Of a DNA stretch of 64,000 bases, positions 62,545 to 64,000 are shown one piece after another. This stretch comes from an uncultured delta proteobacterium. GTDB taxonomy: Bacteria; Myxococcota; Myxococcia; Myxococcales; Anaeromyxobacteraceae. Each line of letters opens with the position of its first letter. The stretch's first letter is position 1. The stretch covers positions 1 to 64,000 of the forward strand of contig CAWHDZ010000028.1 in NCBI GenBank assembly GCA_963828255.1, read 5' to 3'. The notes under the pieces are model-generated. The model made no database searches. It had not been told where the DNA came from and was given only the letters and a program-made list of their open reading frames with translations. The translations under genes and the position numbers were made by a program.

Positions 62545-63528
62545 CTACGGCCCCGCCGCGCGCCGCCCCTGGAAGAGCTCGCTCATGATCTCCTCGAGCG
62601 GGGGCTCCTCCACCGTGAGGTCCGTGACCGGGAGCGAGGAGAGCAGCCGGCCGACGACGGTTGCCACCTGGTCACCGGGGACGCGGTAGACGGCCTGCCC
62701 GTCGGCGTGGGAGACGACCACGCCGAGGCGGGAGAGTTCCGCCTCCGGCACCGGCTGGCCGAGCCGGACCACCACCCGCTTGTCGGGCCGGACCTCGCGG
62801 GAGAGCGTCCGCAGATCGCCGTCGTGGATGAGCCGCCCCTTGTCGATGACGACCACCCGGGGGCAGAGCGCGATCACGTCGTCCATGTAGTGGCTGGTGA
62901 GGACCACGGTGGCGCCGTGCCGCTCGTTGTAGGAGCGGATGAACTCGCGGACCGTGGCCTGCATGGTCACGTCGAGTCCGATGGTGGGCTCGTCGAGGAA
63001 GAGCACCCGCGGGCGGTGGACCAGGGAGGCGGCCAGCTCGCACTTCATCCGCTCCCCGAGGGAGAGCTGCCGCGTCGGCTTGTCCACCACCCCGCCCAGG
63101 TCGAGCAGGTCGGAGAGCTCGCGGATGCGCGACTCGAACTCGGGGCGCGGGATCTCGTAGATGGCCCGGTTGAGGGCGAAGGTCTCGGAGGGGGGGAGGT
63201 CCCAGAGCAGCTGCTGCTTCTGCCCCATCACCAGGGTGATCGACTTGAGAAACGCGGTCTCGCGGCGCGAGGGCACGAAGCCGGCCACCCGCACGTCGCC
63301 GGCGCTGGGGTGGAGGAGCCCGGAGAGGACCTTCAGCGTGGTGGTCTTCCCGGCCCCGTTCGGGCCGAGGAAGCCGACCCGCTCGCCGGCCGCCACCGAG
63401 AAGGAGATGCCGTCCACCGCCTTCACCGCCTCGTAGCGGCGCCGGAAGAGAGAGCGGATCGAGGCGCCCAGCCCCGGCTGGCGCCGGTGGACCTTGTACT
63501 CCTTGCGCAGCTCGCGGACCTCGATCAC
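62545..63528 (-). CDS. ABC transporter ATP-binding protein (type partnering DUF990 permeases)
   Basis: GPNGAGKTT, VMGQKQQLLWDLP, LSLGERMK, LDEPTIGLD, TSHYM. Confidence 0.93.
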   Translation of the reverse strand: MIEVRELRKEYKVHRRQPGLGASIRSLFRRRYEAVKAVDGISFSVAAGERVGFLGPNGAGKTTTLKVLSGLLHPSAGDVRVAGFVPSRRETAFLKSITLVMGQKQQLLWDLPPSETFALNRAIYEIPRPEFESRIRELSDLLDLGGVVDKPTRQLSLGERMKCELAASLVHRPRVLFLDEPTIGLDVTMQATVREFIRSYNERHGATVVLTSHYMDDVIALCPRVVVIDKGRLIHDGDLRTLSREVRPDKRVVVRLGQPVPEAELSRLGVVVSHADGQAVYRVPGDQVATVVGRLLSSLPVTDLTVEEPPLEEIMSELFQGRRAAGP

Positions 63529-63581
63529 GGCAGGCCACGATAAGGGCGTGCGCGCGGCACGGCAATGGTTAGGGGATCTCC

Positions 63582-64000
63582 ATGCGAAGACTCGCCTTGC
63601 TCGCCACGCTCCTCGCCGGGTGCGCGCACGCCCCTTCCGGTCCGCCGCTCCGGACCGTCGAGCGGGTCGATCTGCAGCGCTACCTGGGCAAGTGGTTCGA
63701 GATCGCCACCATCCCCATGTCCTTCCAGAAGGGCTGCGTGGGCGTCACCGCGACCTACTCGCTGCGCAAGGACGGCGACATCGACGTCGTGAACACCTGC
63801 CGCAAGGAGACGCTCGACGGGCCCGAGCGCTCGGTCGAGGGCAAGGCGTGGTCGGTCAATCCATCCAACGCGAAGCTGGAGGTCCAGTTCTTCTGGCCCT
63901 TCCACGGCGCCTACTGGGTCGTCGACCTCGACCCGGACTACCGGTGGGCGGTGGTGGGCCACCCCAGCCGCACGTATCTCTGGATCCTCTCCCGGACACC
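63582..64000 (+). CDS. blc: outer-membrane lipoprotein lipocalin (Blc-like), truncated by window end
   Basis: Not in the ORF track; MRRLALLATLLAGC lipobox, RYLGKWFEIA, V.FFWPF...YWV, YLWILSRT. Confidence 0.9.
   Translation, partial: MRRLALLATLLAGCAHAPSGPPLRTVERVDLQRYLGKWFEIATIPMSFQKGCVGVTATYSLRKDGDIDVVNTCRKETLDGPERSVEGKAWSVNPSNAKLEVQFFWPFHGAYWVVDLDPDYRWAVVGHPSRTYLWILSRT

Noticed and set aside
62055..62545. Protein-coding gene or 6S/SRP RNA in the fabF-ABC gap
   Set aside because: ORFs lack codon bias and motifs; there is no SRP consensus and not the usual 6S genomic context. Kept only as an unclassified repeat/structure.

Overview
Very GC-rich bacterial chromosomal segment. Gene content (myxobacterial-type Ser/Thr kinase and ECF sigma, zinc-ribbon/AgmX-like protein, ftp-like type III PKS operon, futalosine menaquinone pathway, multiheme cytochromes) points to an Anaeromyxobacter-like member of Myxococcota (inference). 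It holds about 56 genes and tRNA-Gly(CCC). Core genes: ettA, prfA-prmC-murA-hisG, truA, clpB, gpsA, rnz. Other blocks: a near-complete futalosine (mqn) cluster with an MqnA-MqnC fusion; a CcsBA cytochrome c synthase; an octaheme HAO-like cytochrome next to a sulfite-oxidase-family Mo enzyme; and a type III PKS/methyltransferase/ACP/FAAL/FAD-oxidoreductase operon. No transposase, integrase, phage genes or CRISPR array were seen. Best candidates for undescribed biology: (i) a 10-heme cytochrome (9 CxxCH + 1 CxxxCH) followed by two paralogous exported thioredoxin-fold/TPR proteins lacking CxxC; (ii) an SPFH + ribbon-helix-helix operon with a 30-bp, three-box palindromic operator; (iii) two strand-specific structured non-coding elements (45.5-45.8 kb and 62.3-62.55 kb). 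Two genes have apparent 1-bp frameshifts in G6/C6 runs. All calls come from reading motifs by eye; no database searches were run.
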